IMG/VR virus record: IMGVR_UViG_3300020034_000005
Location: 1-64,000 of that record
From: a virus
DNA: 64,000 bases
Strand: one strand, 5' to 3'
Below the pieces are notes generated by a model that saw nothing but the letters and a program-made list of their open reading frames with translations, did not search any database and was not told the DNA's origin. Every line of letters starts with the position of its first letter. The first letter of the stretch is position 1. The position numbers and the translations under genes were made by a program. Shown here in pieces: positions 9,759-20,081 of this stretch.

Positions 9759-10346
9759 ATGGTCAACATCACGCGTGCTGCAGATCTGATGGAGGTCGGT
9801 GCCAACGGCGGCGGCTGGTGCGCCGACCTCGGTACGGCGTCCCCGGGCGATCCGGCGGTTCAGCCGGGGGTCCTGTGGTCGCCGATCGGCGCGATCAGCG
9901 ACGACGGCCTGGTGCAGGGTTTCGACGAGGACTCCCAGACGTACACCCCGTGGGGGTTCACGTCTCCTGTCCGTACCACGATCACGAAGTCCCTGCGCAC
10001 GTTCAAGATCACCGCGTGGGAGACGGGCCGCACCACCGTCCAGTCGCTCCAGTACCGCATCCCGGTCGCCGACCTGGCCCCGAGTGTCGGCGGGCTGACC
10101 GCGTTCGCTGAGACGGCGTCGCCGCAGCCGGACCGGCGTGCGTTCTGGTTCATCGTCGAGGACGGTGAGCTGCTGCGCGGATTCTTCTGCCCGGAGGCGG
10201 AGGTGTCGGACCGGTCCGACGTCACGCACAAGCAGGACGAAATGGCCGGCTTCGAGTGGACCATCACCTGCTACCCGGACGAGGCAGGCAACACCGTCTA
10301 CCACGCGGACCGGGTACCGGAGACCGCCGAGTACACCGGTTCCTGA
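9759..10346 (+). CDS. Major tail (tube) protein
   Basis: GAISDDGL, TPWG, EWTITCYPD motifs of actinophage tail tubes. Confidence 0.88.
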   Translation: MVNITRAADLMEVGANGGGWCADLGTASPGDPAVQPGVLWSPIGAISDDGLVQGFDEDSQTYTPWGFTSPVRTTITKSLRTFKITAWETGRTTVQSLQYRIPVADLAPSVGGLTAFAETASPQPDRRAFWFIVEDGELLRGFFCPEAEVSDRSDVTHKQDEMAGFEWTITCYPDEAGNTVYHADRVPETAEYTGS

Positions 10347-10451
10347 CCCGCCCCCGAACTGGATGGGCGGGCTTTCTGCTGGCGCGGGCCCGGCCCGCCC
10401 ATCCTGCAATTTTTCCCTTTGCCCGCGCCCTGATTGAGGAGGCCCGCGCCC

Positions 10452-10874
10452 ATGGCTGCGAACGCCCGAACTGCCACCGCCCGAACCCGAACCGCCCGCA
10501 CTGCCCGTGCTTCGGTGAAGCCCGCCCCGGTGGAGGACTTCACGGACGACGAGGTCGAGCCGCTTTCCGACGCCGAGGCCCAGGAGCTGGAGGCGACGGG
10601 ACGGCATATCAGCGTGAGCCTCTGCGGGGAGCCCGTGCGCGTGGTGCCTGCCGGCGCCTGGCGGTCCTCCGCGCAGCGCAAGCTCCGCGTCGGCGACCTG
10701 GACGGGTTCATGACGTCGGTGCTGCACGAGGACGACTACGAGCTGTACGAGGAACTCGATCCCACCCAGGAGGAGTTCGTTCAGTTCGTCGCTGACGCCC
10801 AGGAGATCTCCGGGGAGTCGCGGGGAAAGCCTCGTGGGCCGCAGGGGTCGTCGAGGCGCACGCGACGGCGGTAG
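10452..10874 (+). CDS. Tail assembly chaperone (G-like)
   Basis: Between tail tube and tape measure; contains G-GGA-AAG slippery site. Confidence 0.85.
   Translation: MAANARTATARTRTARTARASVKPAPVEDFTDDEVEPLSDAEAQELEATGRHISVSLCGEPVRVVPAGAWRSSAQRKLRVGDLDGFMTSVLHEDDYELYEELDPTQEEFVQFVADAQEISGESRGKPRGPQGSSRRTRRR
10823..10829 (+). other. Programmed -1 frameshift slippery heptamer GGGAAAG
   Basis: In phase G GGA AAG; the -1 frame is stop-free into ORF 10940-11290; same heptamer as lambda G/T. Confidence 0.9.
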
Positions 10875-11290
10875 AGGCCGACCTGGCCGCCCGCTACCCG
10901 CGCGACGCCGATCAGATCGGCGCGTACTGGCGCGGGGAGATGACGCCCCGGCGTCTGGGGGTGCTCCTGCATCACCTTCCGCCGGAGTCGCACACGATGA
11001 CTGCCCTGCGTAATGCGATGCCGGATGAGGAGATCGCGGCGCAGGCCGAGTCGGGTGAGCCGGAGAAGGGCCGCTGGTCGCAGTCCGAGCAGCTCATGGC
11101 CCTGATCGCCGACCGGGTCGCGCAGCTCGTCTATGTGACGGTCTGCGCGAACGTCGAGAAGAAATCGGACCGCCCGCCCGCTCCGGAGCCAATCCGCCGT
11201 CCGGGCGCGGCCCCTCGCAAACCCAAGCGCGCCCTGTCTGAACCGAATGCAACCCGGCTCTTCCAGTTGATCAACGGCGGCGCTGCCTGA
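10826..11290 (+). CDS. Tail assembly chaperone, frameshifted C-terminal part (GT-like)
   Basis: Open -1 frame from the slippery site to stop at 11290. Confidence 0.82.
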   Translation, partial: KASWAAGVVEAHATAVEADLAARYPRDADQIGAYWRGEMTPRRLGVLLHHLPPESHTMTALRNAMPDEEIAAQAESGEPEKGRWSQSEQLMALIADRVAQLVYVTVCANVEKKSDRPPAPEPIRRPGAAPRKPKRALSEPNATRLFQLINGGAA

Positions 11291-11311
11291 CGTGCGAGAG
11301 GAGACCCTCTC

Positions 11312-14300
11312 GTGGCGATCAGTGTTGGCTCCGTTGAGGTCGATGTCATCCCCAACACCCAGGGGATTCTGGCCCGGTTGCAGGCGGCTTTGGTGCCGCC
11401 TGCAACGCAGGTCGGCGACGAGGTCGGCGAGATCATCGGCAAGCGTATCGCCGCGAAGGTCGGCAGCGCTGTCCGTGACGGCATCAACGACGGGGCGCGG
11501 GCGGCGCGCCCGGCAGCTACCCGGCAGGGAGACGACACGGGCGGTGCTTTCGCCCGCGCGATGAAGGCCCGCCTGGAGGCGGCCTTCAAGTCCCTCCCGA
11601 AGATCAACATTGGGGCGGACACCTCCGAGGCGGATTCGGACCTGCAGGCGCTGCGGGCCCGCATGGAAACCCTTGCGGGCAAACGCATCGGTATCGAAAT
11701 CGACGCCGCCGAAGCGCGGACCGAGATCTCCGACATCGAGGAGCAGCTCCGCCGCCTCGGAGCGTCGCACCCCAACGTCGCCGTCCGCGCCGACACAGCC
11801 GCGGCGATAGCCCAGCTCCAGGCGGTGCGCGAGGAAATCGACCGGGTCTCCGCGAACCCCGGGCACATCCGCCTGGAGACGGACGGCACCCTCGGACAGA
11901 GACTGCGGGCCGCGGTCGCCGAGGCCGAGGCGTCCCTCCCGAACATCAACATCGACGCCGACACCACACCCGCCCAGGCAGAGATCGCCTCCCTGCGCAG
12001 CCAGCTGACGGCCCTGCGGGATGTCCGGATCGGCATCGACATGGATGCGGGCGCCGCCCTGGCGCGCATCGAGGAGATCCAGGTCCGCCTCGCACGGCTG
12101 TCCGCGAGCAACGCGGATATCGCGGTACGGGTCGACGCAGGAGCTGCCTCCTCGCAGCTCCTCGCGGTGGGCGCACTGGCCAGCGCCCTGGACGCCAAGC
12201 GCGTCAACATCAACGTCAGCGCCGCTCAGGCGATGGCGGCGGTCTTCCAGCTGTCCGTGGCCATCGCAGGTCTCGCCGCGATCCCTGCCATCCCCATCCT
12301 CGCGGCGGGGATCGGATCGATCGCGGCCGCCGGTGTCGCCGCGGGCGCCGGTGTGGGCGCCCTCGCGGCGGTGGCGATTCCCGCGTTCAAGGGCATCGCC
12401 AGCACCTTGCAGGCGCAGAAGACCGCGCAGGACGCGGCGACCACGGCGTCCATCAAGGGCGGCCAGGCGGCCGGCCAGGGTGCGGCGAAAGCGCTGCAAC
12501 TGGCCGGGGCGCAGCAGGCTTTGGCGTCGGCGGAGCGCAACGGCGCCCGGCAGATCGCCCAGGCCCAGCAGCAGGTTCAGCAGGCCAAGACGGCGGCTGC
12601 GGATGCGATCGTGCAGGCGGCCCAGCGCAACGCGCAGGCAGCCCGGCAGGTTCAGGACGCGGAGAAGGCTCTCGTCCAGTCGCAGAAGGACGCCAAGCAG
12701 GCGCAGCTCGACCTGACCGCGGCCCGCAAGCAGGCCGGGCAGGAGCTCGAGGACCTCGCGAACCGGTACGTCGACGCACAGCTGTCTCAGCGGGATGCGG
12801 CGCTCGGTGTTCAGGAGGCCCAGCAGCGGCTGGCGCAGGTCAATGCGGCGGGCTCGAAGGCGACTGTTCTGGAACGCCAGCAGGCGCAGCTCGCCTACGA
12901 CCAGGCGTTGCAGCGGCTGCGCGAGCAGACCACCGACACGAAACGGCTGAAGGACCAGCAGGCCGAAGCCGCCAAGACCGGCGTCAAGGGCACCGACACC
13001 TACAAGCAGGCCCAGGACCAGCTCGCGAAAGCCCAGCAGAACGTCGCTGACAAGACTCAGGCCGTCGGCGACGCGCAGACGTCGGCTGCCCAGACGCAGG
13101 TGCAGTCGGCCCGGCAGATCGCGGACGCCCAGCAGCGGGTGTCTGAGGCGACGGCGAACGTCGCGGTCGCCCAGCAGTCCGCCGCTGATGCGGTGTCCAG
13201 TGCTCAGCGTCAGATAGCCTCCGCGTCGCAGTCTGCGGCCGGGGGCGTCGATCAGGCTGCCGTCGCGCAGGCCAAATATCAGGCTGAGCTGGCGAAACTC
13301 ACCCCGGCCGCGCGGGGGACGTTCAACGCGTTCCTGTCGCTGAAGACGGCATTCTCCGACTGGTCGAAGGCGCTGCAGCCTGCGGTGATGCCACTCTTCA
13401 CCCGGGCCCTGGTTGGCCTGAAGAACGCGCTGCCGGGGCTGACCCCGTTCGTACTCGCCGCGGCGAAAGCGATCGGCACGCTGCAGGACCGGGCGTCTGC
13501 CGGGTTCAAGTCCCCGTGGTGGAAGGGCTTCAAAAAGGATCTGGCGGGCTCTGTCGGGCCTGCGATCGTCGGGTTGGGCGTCTCCTTCGGACGCATCTTC
13601 AAAGGCATGGCCGGTGTGATCCAGGCCTTCCTGCCCCACATGAATTCGATCTCCGCGACCATGCAGCGGATCACCGGCCGGTTCGCGACCTGGGGCACCA
13701 GCCTCAAGGGCTCCCCGAAGTTCGAACGGTTCCTCGCCTACGCCGCCCAGCAGGGACCTGTGGTCGCACGGGCCATGGGCGACATCGGCGGTGGGCTCTT
13801 CGACGTCTCAAGGGCACTGTCCCCGCTGTCGGGTCCGGTGCTGCAGAGTCTGGGTGCGGTGGCGCGGGCCGTCGGGTCGATTGCCCGGGATCTGCCGTGG
13901 CTCCTCCAGCTGCTGTACCTGGCTTTCGTCGCGACGAAGCTGTGGACCCTCGCCATGGTCGCGTTCAACCTGGTGGCGGACGCCAACCCGATCACCCTGA
14001 TCGTCCTCGCGATCGTCGCGCTCGTCGCCGCAGTGATCTACGCCTACAAGAACTTCGGCTGGTTCCGCGACCTGGTCAACACCGTCTGGGCGGCAATCCA
14101 GACGGCCGTGCTCTTCGCGTGGAACACGGTCCTCAAGCCCACGTTCGACGCGATCTGGGGTGCGCTTCAAACGATCGGCCGCTGGGCTACCTGGCTCTGG
14201 CAGACGGTCCTCAAGCCGGTGTTCTCGTTCATCTCCGAGGCGGCCAGGCTGCTGTTTACGGCACTCGTCGTGATCGCGATCCTGCCGATCATCCTTGCGG

Positions 14301-15982
14301 TCAAGCTCCTTGGGGCCCACGCGCAGTGGCTGTGGAACACCGCTTTCAAGCCCACGTTCAACGCGATCGCCGCCGGTGCGATGTGGCTGTGGAAGAACTA
14401 CCTGTCGCCGATCTTCGGATGGATCGGGGACAAGGCAAAGTGGCTGTGGAATAACGCGGTCAAGCCCGCATTCGCACTCTTCAAGCAGGGCATGGTTCAG
14501 GTCGGCGACCAGGCAAAGGCGCTGTGGAAGAACGTCATCAGCCCCGTCTTCGGGTGGATCGGCGACCGGGCCAAATGGCTCTGGGCCAACGTCTTGAAAC
14601 CGCAGTTCGCCCTCATCAAATCTGGGGTCGGGCTCGTCGGCGACGCCTTCAAAACGGTCGTCGGCGCCATCAAAACCCAGTGGGACAAACTGGAAGGAAT
14701 CGCCAAAAAGCCCGTCGCGTTCATCGTCAACACCGTCTACAGCAAGGGCCTCAGGCCCACCTGGAACAACGTGGCCAAAGCGTTCGGGGCACCCCAGCTC
14801 CCGGCCGCGAAAGGCTTTGCCCAGGGCGGTGTCCTCCCCGGCTACACCCCGGGTAGGGACGTCCACCGGTTCACGTCCCCGACGGGCGGCGGCCTCGACC
14901 TGTCCGGCGGCGAGGCCATCATGCGCCCCGAGTTCACCCGCGGCGTGGGCTCCGGCTTCGTCTCCTACTTCAACGGGCTCGCCAAGTCGTCGGGCGCCAG
15001 CGGAGTTCGTGCTGCCCTGGCCCCGGTGCTGGGCGGGAACCCGAACACCCCCACCGACCGCAGCCTCGCCTACAAGGACGGCGGGATCTTCGGGTGGATC
15101 GGCAAGGGCGCCTCCGCGGTGGCCGGCGCCGGGTCGGCTGCCTGGAACGGCATCAAGGACGGTGCGTCCTGGCTGACCGACACCCTGGAAGGGTCCGCGC
15201 GCGCAGGGGTCAAGGCTGCTGTGAGCCCGCTGCTCGCGGGTTTCCCGGGCATGGACACGGGGTTCGGGCAGATGCTCCGCAAGGTCCCCGACCACATGAT
15301 CGACGCCCTGTTCGGCTACTCGAAGGACGCCGACACGAAGGGCGCGGGCGGCATCGGCGGCCCGAAGATCCAAACCGCCCTGAACTGGGTGAAGACGCAG
15401 GCGGGCAAGCCCTATCAGTGGGGCGGAAACGGGAACCCCAGCTGGGACTGCTCGGGGCTGCAATCCGCGATCGAATCCGTCATCCGGGGCCAGAAACCGC
15501 ACCGCCGGTGGGCGACCGGGGCGTTCTCCGGGAAGACGGCCCCGCCCGGGTGGGTCCTCAACGGCAACAGCCCCTTCCGCATCGGGATCACCAACGCCGG
15601 GGTGGGCCACACCGCGGGCACCCTCGGCAAAACCAACGTCGAATCGTCCGGTGGCGCAGGCGTCCACATGGGTGCGAGCGCCCGCGGCTGGAACGACCCC
15701 ATGTTCACCAGCCACTACGGGTTCATGCCCGGCAAATTCGACTCCGGCGGCTACCTCCAGCCGGGAATGAACCTTGCCTACAACGGCACCGGGCGGCCCG
15801 AGCCCGTGTTCACCAGCCAGCAGGCCAACGCCCTGACACAGCAGGCCTCGGCTCCCGCCGGCGGCACCTTCGAGGGCGCCCTGGTCCTCGACTCCGGGGA
15901 GTTCCTCGGCCGGGTGCGCGGCGAAGTTCACCAGCAGATGGCTGGCCTGACGACGGTTCTGCGCGCCGGAAGGACGGGGTGA
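11312..15982 (+). CDS. Tape measure protein with C-terminal NlpC/P60-like hydrolase domain
   Basis: 1556 aa, Ala/Gln helical repeats, W/F repeats; GKPYQWGG..DCSGL..GHT motif near the C-terminus. Confidence 0.93.
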   Translation: MAISVGSVEVDVIPNTQGILARLQAALVPPATQVGDEVGEIIGKRIAAKVGSAVRDGINDGARAARPAATRQGDDTGGAFARAMKARLEAAFKSLPKINIGADTSEADSDLQALRARMETLAGKRIGIEIDAAEARTEISDIEEQLRRLGASHPNVAVRADTAAAIAQLQAVREEIDRVSANPGHIRLETDGTLGQRLRAAVAEAEASLPNINIDADTTPAQAEIASLRSQLTALRDVRIGIDMDAGAALARIEEIQVRLARLSASNADIAVRVDAGAASSQLLAVGALASALDAKRVNINVSAAQAMAAVFQLSVAIAGLAAIPAIPILAAGIGSIAAAGVAAGAGVGALAAVAIPAFKGIASTLQAQKTAQDAATTASIKGGQAAGQGAAKALQLAGAQQALASAERNGARQIAQAQQQVQQAKTAAADAIVQAAQRNAQAARQVQDAEKALVQSQKDAKQAQLDLTAARKQAGQELEDLANRYVDAQLSQRDAALGVQEAQQRLAQVNAAGSKATVLERQQAQLAYDQALQRLREQTTDTKRLKDQQAEAAKTGVKGTDTYKQAQDQLAKAQQNVADKTQAVGDAQTSAAQTQVQSARQIADAQQRVSEATANVAVAQQSAADAVSSAQRQIASASQSAAGGVDQAAVAQAKYQAELAKLTPAARGTFNAFLSLKTAFSDWSKALQPAVMPLFTRALVGLKNALPGLTPFVLAAAKAIGTLQDRASAGFKSPWWKGFKKDLAGSVGPAIVGLGVSFGRIFKGMAGVIQAFLPHMNSISATMQRITGRFATWGTSLKGSPKFERFLAYAAQQGPVVARAMGDIGGGLFDVSRALSPLSGPVLQSLGAVARAVGSIARDLPWLLQLLYLAFVATKLWTLAMVAFNLVADANPITLIVLAIVALVAAVIYAYKNFGWFRDLVNTVWAAIQTAVLFAWNTVLKPTFDAIWGALQTIGRWATWLWQTVLKPVFSFISEAARLLFTALVVIAILPIILAVKLLGAHAQWLWNTAFKPTFNAIAAGAMWLWKNYLSPIFGWIGDKAKWLWNNAVKPAFALFKQGMVQVGDQAKALWKNVISPVFGWIGDRAKWLWANVLKPQFALIKSGVGLVGDAFKTVVGAIKTQWDKLEGIAKKPVAFIVNTVYSKGLRPTWNNVAKAFGAPQLPAAKGFAQGGVLPGYTPGRDVHRFTSPTGGGLDLSGGEAIMRPEFTRGVGSGFVSYFNGLAKSSGASGVRAALAPVLGGNPNTPTDRSLAYKDGGIFGWIGKGASAVAGAGSAAWNGIKDGASWLTDTLEGSARAGVKAAVSPLLAGFPGMDTGFGQMLRKVPDHMIDALFGYSKDADTKGAGGIGGPKIQTALNWVKTQAGKPYQWGGNGNPSWDCSGLQSAIESVIRGQKPHRRWATGAFSGKTAPPGWVLNGNSPFRIGITNAGVGHTAGTLGKTNVESSGGAGVHMGASARGWNDPMFTSHYGFMPGKFDSGGYLQPGMNLAYNGTGRPEPVFTSQQANALTQQASAPAGGTFEGALVLDSGEFLGRVRGEVHQQMAGLTTVLRAGRTG

Positions 15983-15985
15983 CCG

Positions 15986-18226
15986 ATGCCGATCCCGGGC
16001 AATTTCCTGAGCAGTACGACGGAGCGCGTCGACCCGAACACCAGCGGCTGGACAGCGAAACTCAACACGACGCTGTCGCTGGGTACGGGCGGGCGTAACG
16101 GTGACGGCTGCCTCAAACTCACCAGCATCGCGTCGGGAGAAATGCAGGCCCGCACGGTCGCCTCGTACCCCGTCCTGCCGTGGACGGAGTACGAGGCGTT
16201 CGCTGACGCGTCCGGGGCGACGGTTCCGGAGCGCATCGGGATACGGTGGCTGACCGCAGCGAATGCGGAGATCAGCATCGTCTGGTCGGTGACGACCGCA
16301 TCGGCGAGCGCCACCTGGCACCGGATCGCGGTCGCAGCCGAGGCCCCGGCCAACGCCGCCTACGCGCAGGTCATCGTCTCGTCCATAACCCCCGCCGGGC
16401 CTGGGGTGATCAACTACTTCGAGAACGTCTACCTGGGCCTCCCGATCAGGACGGTCGGCAACCTCCTCGCCTTCAACACCGAGACGATGGAACGGGACCT
16501 CACCGACTGGCTGAACGAAAACAACTGCACCATCACCCGCACCGTCCCACCCGTGCAGTGGGCCGTCGACTACTACCTGGGCGGCGGGCAGACCCTTGCC
16601 ATGTCGGTCACCGCCAACGGCGACGCCTGGACACGCACCACCGACTGGCCGGCCGCTACCCCGGGCGTGGAGTATCAGGGGTACTGCTACCTCAACCCGC
16701 CGACCTCCGGGTCCACAACGTGGGTCGAGCTCCGGTTCCACAATGCGGCGGGCACCCAACTGCAGGCCACCCGCAGCATCCTCACCGCACCGGGCACCGG
16801 CTACTACCGGCAGAAAGTCTCCGCGAAAGCCCCGGCGGGCACGGCGTCGTGCATGCTCGCGGCGGGCATCACCGGCGGCACAGCAGCGCAGGTCCTGCGG
16901 GTCGACGGGGCGGTCATCCTTCCCGTACCCGTGTTCCACGACGGCAGCGTCCTGCCGTATGCGGACTCCTCCTTCGAGCAGGGCATCGCAGGCTGGGTGA
17001 CGGCCTCCGGGGTGGCTGCGGTCACCCGCTCCACCCCGTGGGGCTTGCAGGCCTGGGACGGTTCCTACTCGGGGACCATCACCTCGGCGACCGCCACCAC
17101 CTCGGTGATCCGATCGGCGAAATTCCCGCTGCCCGCCGGGTCCGGCGGGCAGACATTCCGGGTCGAGACGATCGGGCAGACCACGGCGGGCGGCTGGACA
17201 CTGACCCGCTCGGTGCGCTGGTACAACGCCGCGAACACCGACCTCGGCGCCACCTCGTCGACAGCAGCCACCGCCCCCACACCCAACTGGTGGCAGCTCG
17301 GCAACAGCTTCACCGCCCCGGCCACGGCCACCCAGGCGGCCGTCGAATACACGCTCACCGCGACCGCCATCAACTCGGTGTACCGCATCGACCAGATCAG
17401 CCTGTGGCAGGACCAGCCGCAGACCGAGACCGACGTCGACGACACCAACGCCCGCATCACGATCACGTTCCGGGACCTGTTCACCGACTACACGATCAGC
17501 GTGTGGCGGGTCCTGCTGGACGGCTCACGCACCCCGGTCCGCGGCGCGGACGGCCTCATCGAAAACCAGGTCATCACCTCGGACACCCTCGTCATCGAGG
17601 ACTACGAGGCGCCGCTCGGGGTGGAGGTGTACTACGTCGCCGAGACCCGCGACGACCTCGGGGCGGTCGCCGAAACCCGTCGCACCGACAGCGTCACCCT
17701 CGACCCCGGCGATGTGCAGTACGCATGGCTGAAAGACCCCGGCAACCCACAACGGAACATCAAACTCATGGTGGCGAAGGGCCCGGACTGGCAGCGGCCC
17801 ATCTCCCAGTCGGAGTTCCGGGTCCGCGGCCGCCGCAACTCCGTGATCCTGTCCGATGTGCGCGGCGGACTGGAGGGCGACCTCGCTGTCTACACCCAGT
17901 CCGACGACGACCGCGCCGCCCTCCACTGGATCCTCGATTCCGGGAACGTCCTGCTCTGGCAGGCAGCCCCCGGCATGGGCGTCGCCGACATGTACGCCAA
18001 CGTCGGCCAGGCCACCGAAACCCGTGGCGGGGGCGTCGCACAGGACCCGTGGCGCACCTGGACGCTCCCGCTCAAAGAGGCGGACATGCCTGCCGCCGTC
18101 GGGATCGCCGGGTCCGCCGGCCGGACCTGGCAGGACGTCCTCACCGAGAACGAAACCTGGCAGGACGTGCGCGACCGGTACGCCACGTGGGAAGACGTTT
18201 TCTTCAACCGGCCGATCGGAGGCTGA
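15986..18226 (+). CDS. Minor tail protein (distal tail-like, repeated carbohydrate-binding-like modules)
   Basis: Follows TMP; three GNLL/GNFL..E..W beta-rich repeats; DYEAPLG. Confidence 0.75.
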   Translation: MPIPGNFLSSTTERVDPNTSGWTAKLNTTLSLGTGGRNGDGCLKLTSIASGEMQARTVASYPVLPWTEYEAFADASGATVPERIGIRWLTAANAEISIVWSVTTASASATWHRIAVAAEAPANAAYAQVIVSSITPAGPGVINYFENVYLGLPIRTVGNLLAFNTETMERDLTDWLNENNCTITRTVPPVQWAVDYYLGGGQTLAMSVTANGDAWTRTTDWPAATPGVEYQGYCYLNPPTSGSTTWVELRFHNAAGTQLQATRSILTAPGTGYYRQKVSAKAPAGTASCMLAAGITGGTAAQVLRVDGAVILPVPVFHDGSVLPYADSSFEQGIAGWVTASGVAAVTRSTPWGLQAWDGSYSGTITSATATTSVIRSAKFPLPAGSGGQTFRVETIGQTTAGGWTLTRSVRWYNAANTDLGATSSTAATAPTPNWWQLGNSFTAPATATQAAVEYTLTATAINSVYRIDQISLWQDQPQTETDVDDTNARITITFRDLFTDYTISVWRVLLDGSRTPVRGADGLIENQVITSDTLVIEDYEAPLGVEVYYVAETRDDLGAVAETRRTDSVTLDPGDVQYAWLKDPGNPQRNIKLMVAKGPDWQRPISQSEFRVRGRRNSVILSDVRGGLEGDLAVYTQSDDDRAALHWILDSGNVLLWQAAPGMGVADMYANVGQATETRGGGVAQDPWRTWTLPLKEADMPAAVGIAGSAGRTWQDVLTENETWQDVRDRYATWEDVFFNRPIGG

Positions 18227-18228
18227 CC

Positions 18229-19320
18229 TTGTATGCGGTCTCCGACCGGTTCCTCGCCACCCTCGCCGAGGGCCACGATCCGATCACCCTGGTCCAGTTG
18301 TTCCGCACGGACGGGGTTGTCGAGACGCTCCCCATCACCGGCGGCAGCGTCCCCGTCGACCGGGGCAGCACGGTGCGCCGCACCTGCTCCGTCACCTCCG
18401 CCGACACCTCCCTGATCCCGCGCACCCCCACCGACAAACTCGCCGTCTACGGGGCGCAGTTGCGGATCAGCCGGGGCATCGCCTACTCCGACGGCACGCA
18501 GGAGATGGCGTCTCTCGGGGTGTTCCGGGTGGATGAGGTGTCCGGGGACGTCGATGACGGGCCGGTCACGATCAGCGGCAAAAGCCTGGAACAGGTGATC
18601 GCCGACGACAAATTCACCGCCCCGTACCGGGCGTCGGGCACCGCGGTCACCGCCATCACGGCGCTGATCGTGCGGTCCATCCCGGACGCCGCGGTCGTCA
18701 ACCGGGCCACCGACGCGGCGATCGGGGCCCGCACCTACGACACGCGGGGCGACCCGTGGACTGCGGTCACCGAGTGCGCGGCCGCGATCGGCGCCGAGTG
18801 CTACGCGGACGCCGACGGAGTGTTCGTCATCGCCGAGCTTCCCGACCTGCTCACCGCGACCCCGGTATGGACGGTCGCTGCGGGCGAGGGCGGGGTGTAC
18901 GTCTCCGCGAACCGCGGGACGTCCGCCGACGGGGTGTTCAACGGGGTGTACGCATCCGGCGAGAACACCGAGGCGAACGTGGCACCGGTGCACTCCCTGG
19001 TCGTCGACACAGACGCAGGGTCGCCCACGTACTGGTCCGGCCCGTTCGGTCACCGGCCGACGTTCTACTCCTCGGCGACGCTCATCACGACGGTGATGTG
19101 CACCAACGCCGCCACCCTGAAACTGCGCGCCGCGGTCGCCCCCAACTCCACTGCCGACATCAGCTCCCTGCCCAACCCGGCGCTGGAGCCCGGCGACGTG
19201 ATCCGCGTCGTCTACGAGGACGGGTCGAAGGAACTCCACCAGGTGGCTTCGTTCACTGTCCCCCTGGACGCCGGCGGGTCCTTCGCCATGCAGACGATCA
19301 GCGCCAAGGAGGGCACGTGA
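18229..19320 (+). CDS. Minor tail protein (DUF5047-like baseplate hub)
   Basis: TTG start with GGAGG RBS; NPALEPGDVI motif. Confidence 0.75.
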   Translation: MYAVSDRFLATLAEGHDPITLVQLFRTDGVVETLPITGGSVPVDRGSTVRRTCSVTSADTSLIPRTPTDKLAVYGAQLRISRGIAYSDGTQEMASLGVFRVDEVSGDVDDGPVTISGKSLEQVIADDKFTAPYRASGTAVTAITALIVRSIPDAAVVNRATDAAIGARTYDTRGDPWTAVTECAAAIGAECYADADGVFVIAELPDLLTATPVWTVAAGEGGVYVSANRGTSADGVFNGVYASGENTEANVAPVHSLVVDTDAGSPTYWSGPFGHRPTFYSSATLITTVMCTNAATLKLRAAVAPNSTADISSLPNPALEPGDVIRVVYEDGSKELHQVASFTVPLDAGGSFAMQTISAKEGT

Positions 19321-20063
19321 GCGGCTCCTCGTCGCAGGCGGTCGCCCAGCAACTCGCCGACGCCATGCGGCAGTCCGCCGTGCAGGCAGGCGTCAGCAGC
19401 CCGGACGTGCGCGGCTCCGACTGGCAGACCGCCGTGGTCACCGCCGTCAACGGCGACGGGACCGTCAACGTCGGGGTGATCGTCGCCCGGTGTCTCGACT
19501 CCTACGCCATGCCCACTGTTGGCGACCTCATCTACCTCACCCAGTCCGGAGCCGGGAACTGGGTGGCCGTCGGCCGCACCTCCTCCGCGGCAGCGGGTGT
19601 CGGCGGGTTCGTGTTCCGCCGCAAAACCGCCGACGACGCCGTACCGAACACTCTGACGCTGACGACAGACACCCACCTCGTCGCCCCCGTCGCAGCCAAC
19701 GCCGTCTACACCATCGACGGCATGCTCTTCACCCTCGGCGCCGACTTCACCTCAGACTTTCGCCTCGGCTACGCCTTCCCGGCCAGCGCAGAAGTGCACT
19801 TCGGCGGGCCCGGCCCGCACACCGCCATTGCCTCCGGTGGCGGAGGGGACGCCGAGTTCGTCGCCCGCCAATCCCCGGACGCAATCAGCAACTTCATCCC
19901 CTACGGCACGTCACAGTCCCGCCTCGGCTTCCCCCTCAAGGGGCTGCTCATCACCGGCGGGACGGCAGGCAGCCTGTCCGTGCAGTGGGCCCGCAACGTC
20001 ACCGGCAGCGGCACCGTCACCGTGCGCGCCGCGTCCTGGCTCAAACTCCACCGCATGTCCTGA
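19317..20063 (+). CDS. Minor tail protein
   Basis: GTGA overlap; AVVTAVNGDGTV OB-like N-terminus, SVQWARN..VRAASW C-terminus. Confidence 0.7.
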   Translation: MSGSSSQAVAQQLADAMRQSAVQAGVSSPDVRGSDWQTAVVTAVNGDGTVNVGVIVARCLDSYAMPTVGDLIYLTQSGAGNWVAVGRTSSAAAGVGGFVFRRKTADDAVPNTLTLTTDTHLVAPVAANAVYTIDGMLFTLGADFTSDFRLGYAFPASAEVHFGGPGPHTAIASGGGGDAEFVARQSPDAISNFIPYGTSQSRLGFPLKGLLITGGTAGSLSVQWARNVTGSGTVTVRAASWLKLHRMS

Positions 20064-20081
20064 CCCACTCCTGGAGGCCGA

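Noticed and set aside
10781-16939. Very long minus-strand ORFs (952 aa, 1043 aa) and similar antisense ORFs elsewhere (801-2759, 41398-43332, 47549-49567)
   Set aside because: Shadow ORFs opposite clear genes, expected from high GC3; no motifs or RBS
16246-18228. N-terminal extension making a 1024-aa ORF
   Set aside because: Off-frame overlap with the 746-aa tail gene; the real start is TTG 18229 with a GGAGG RBS
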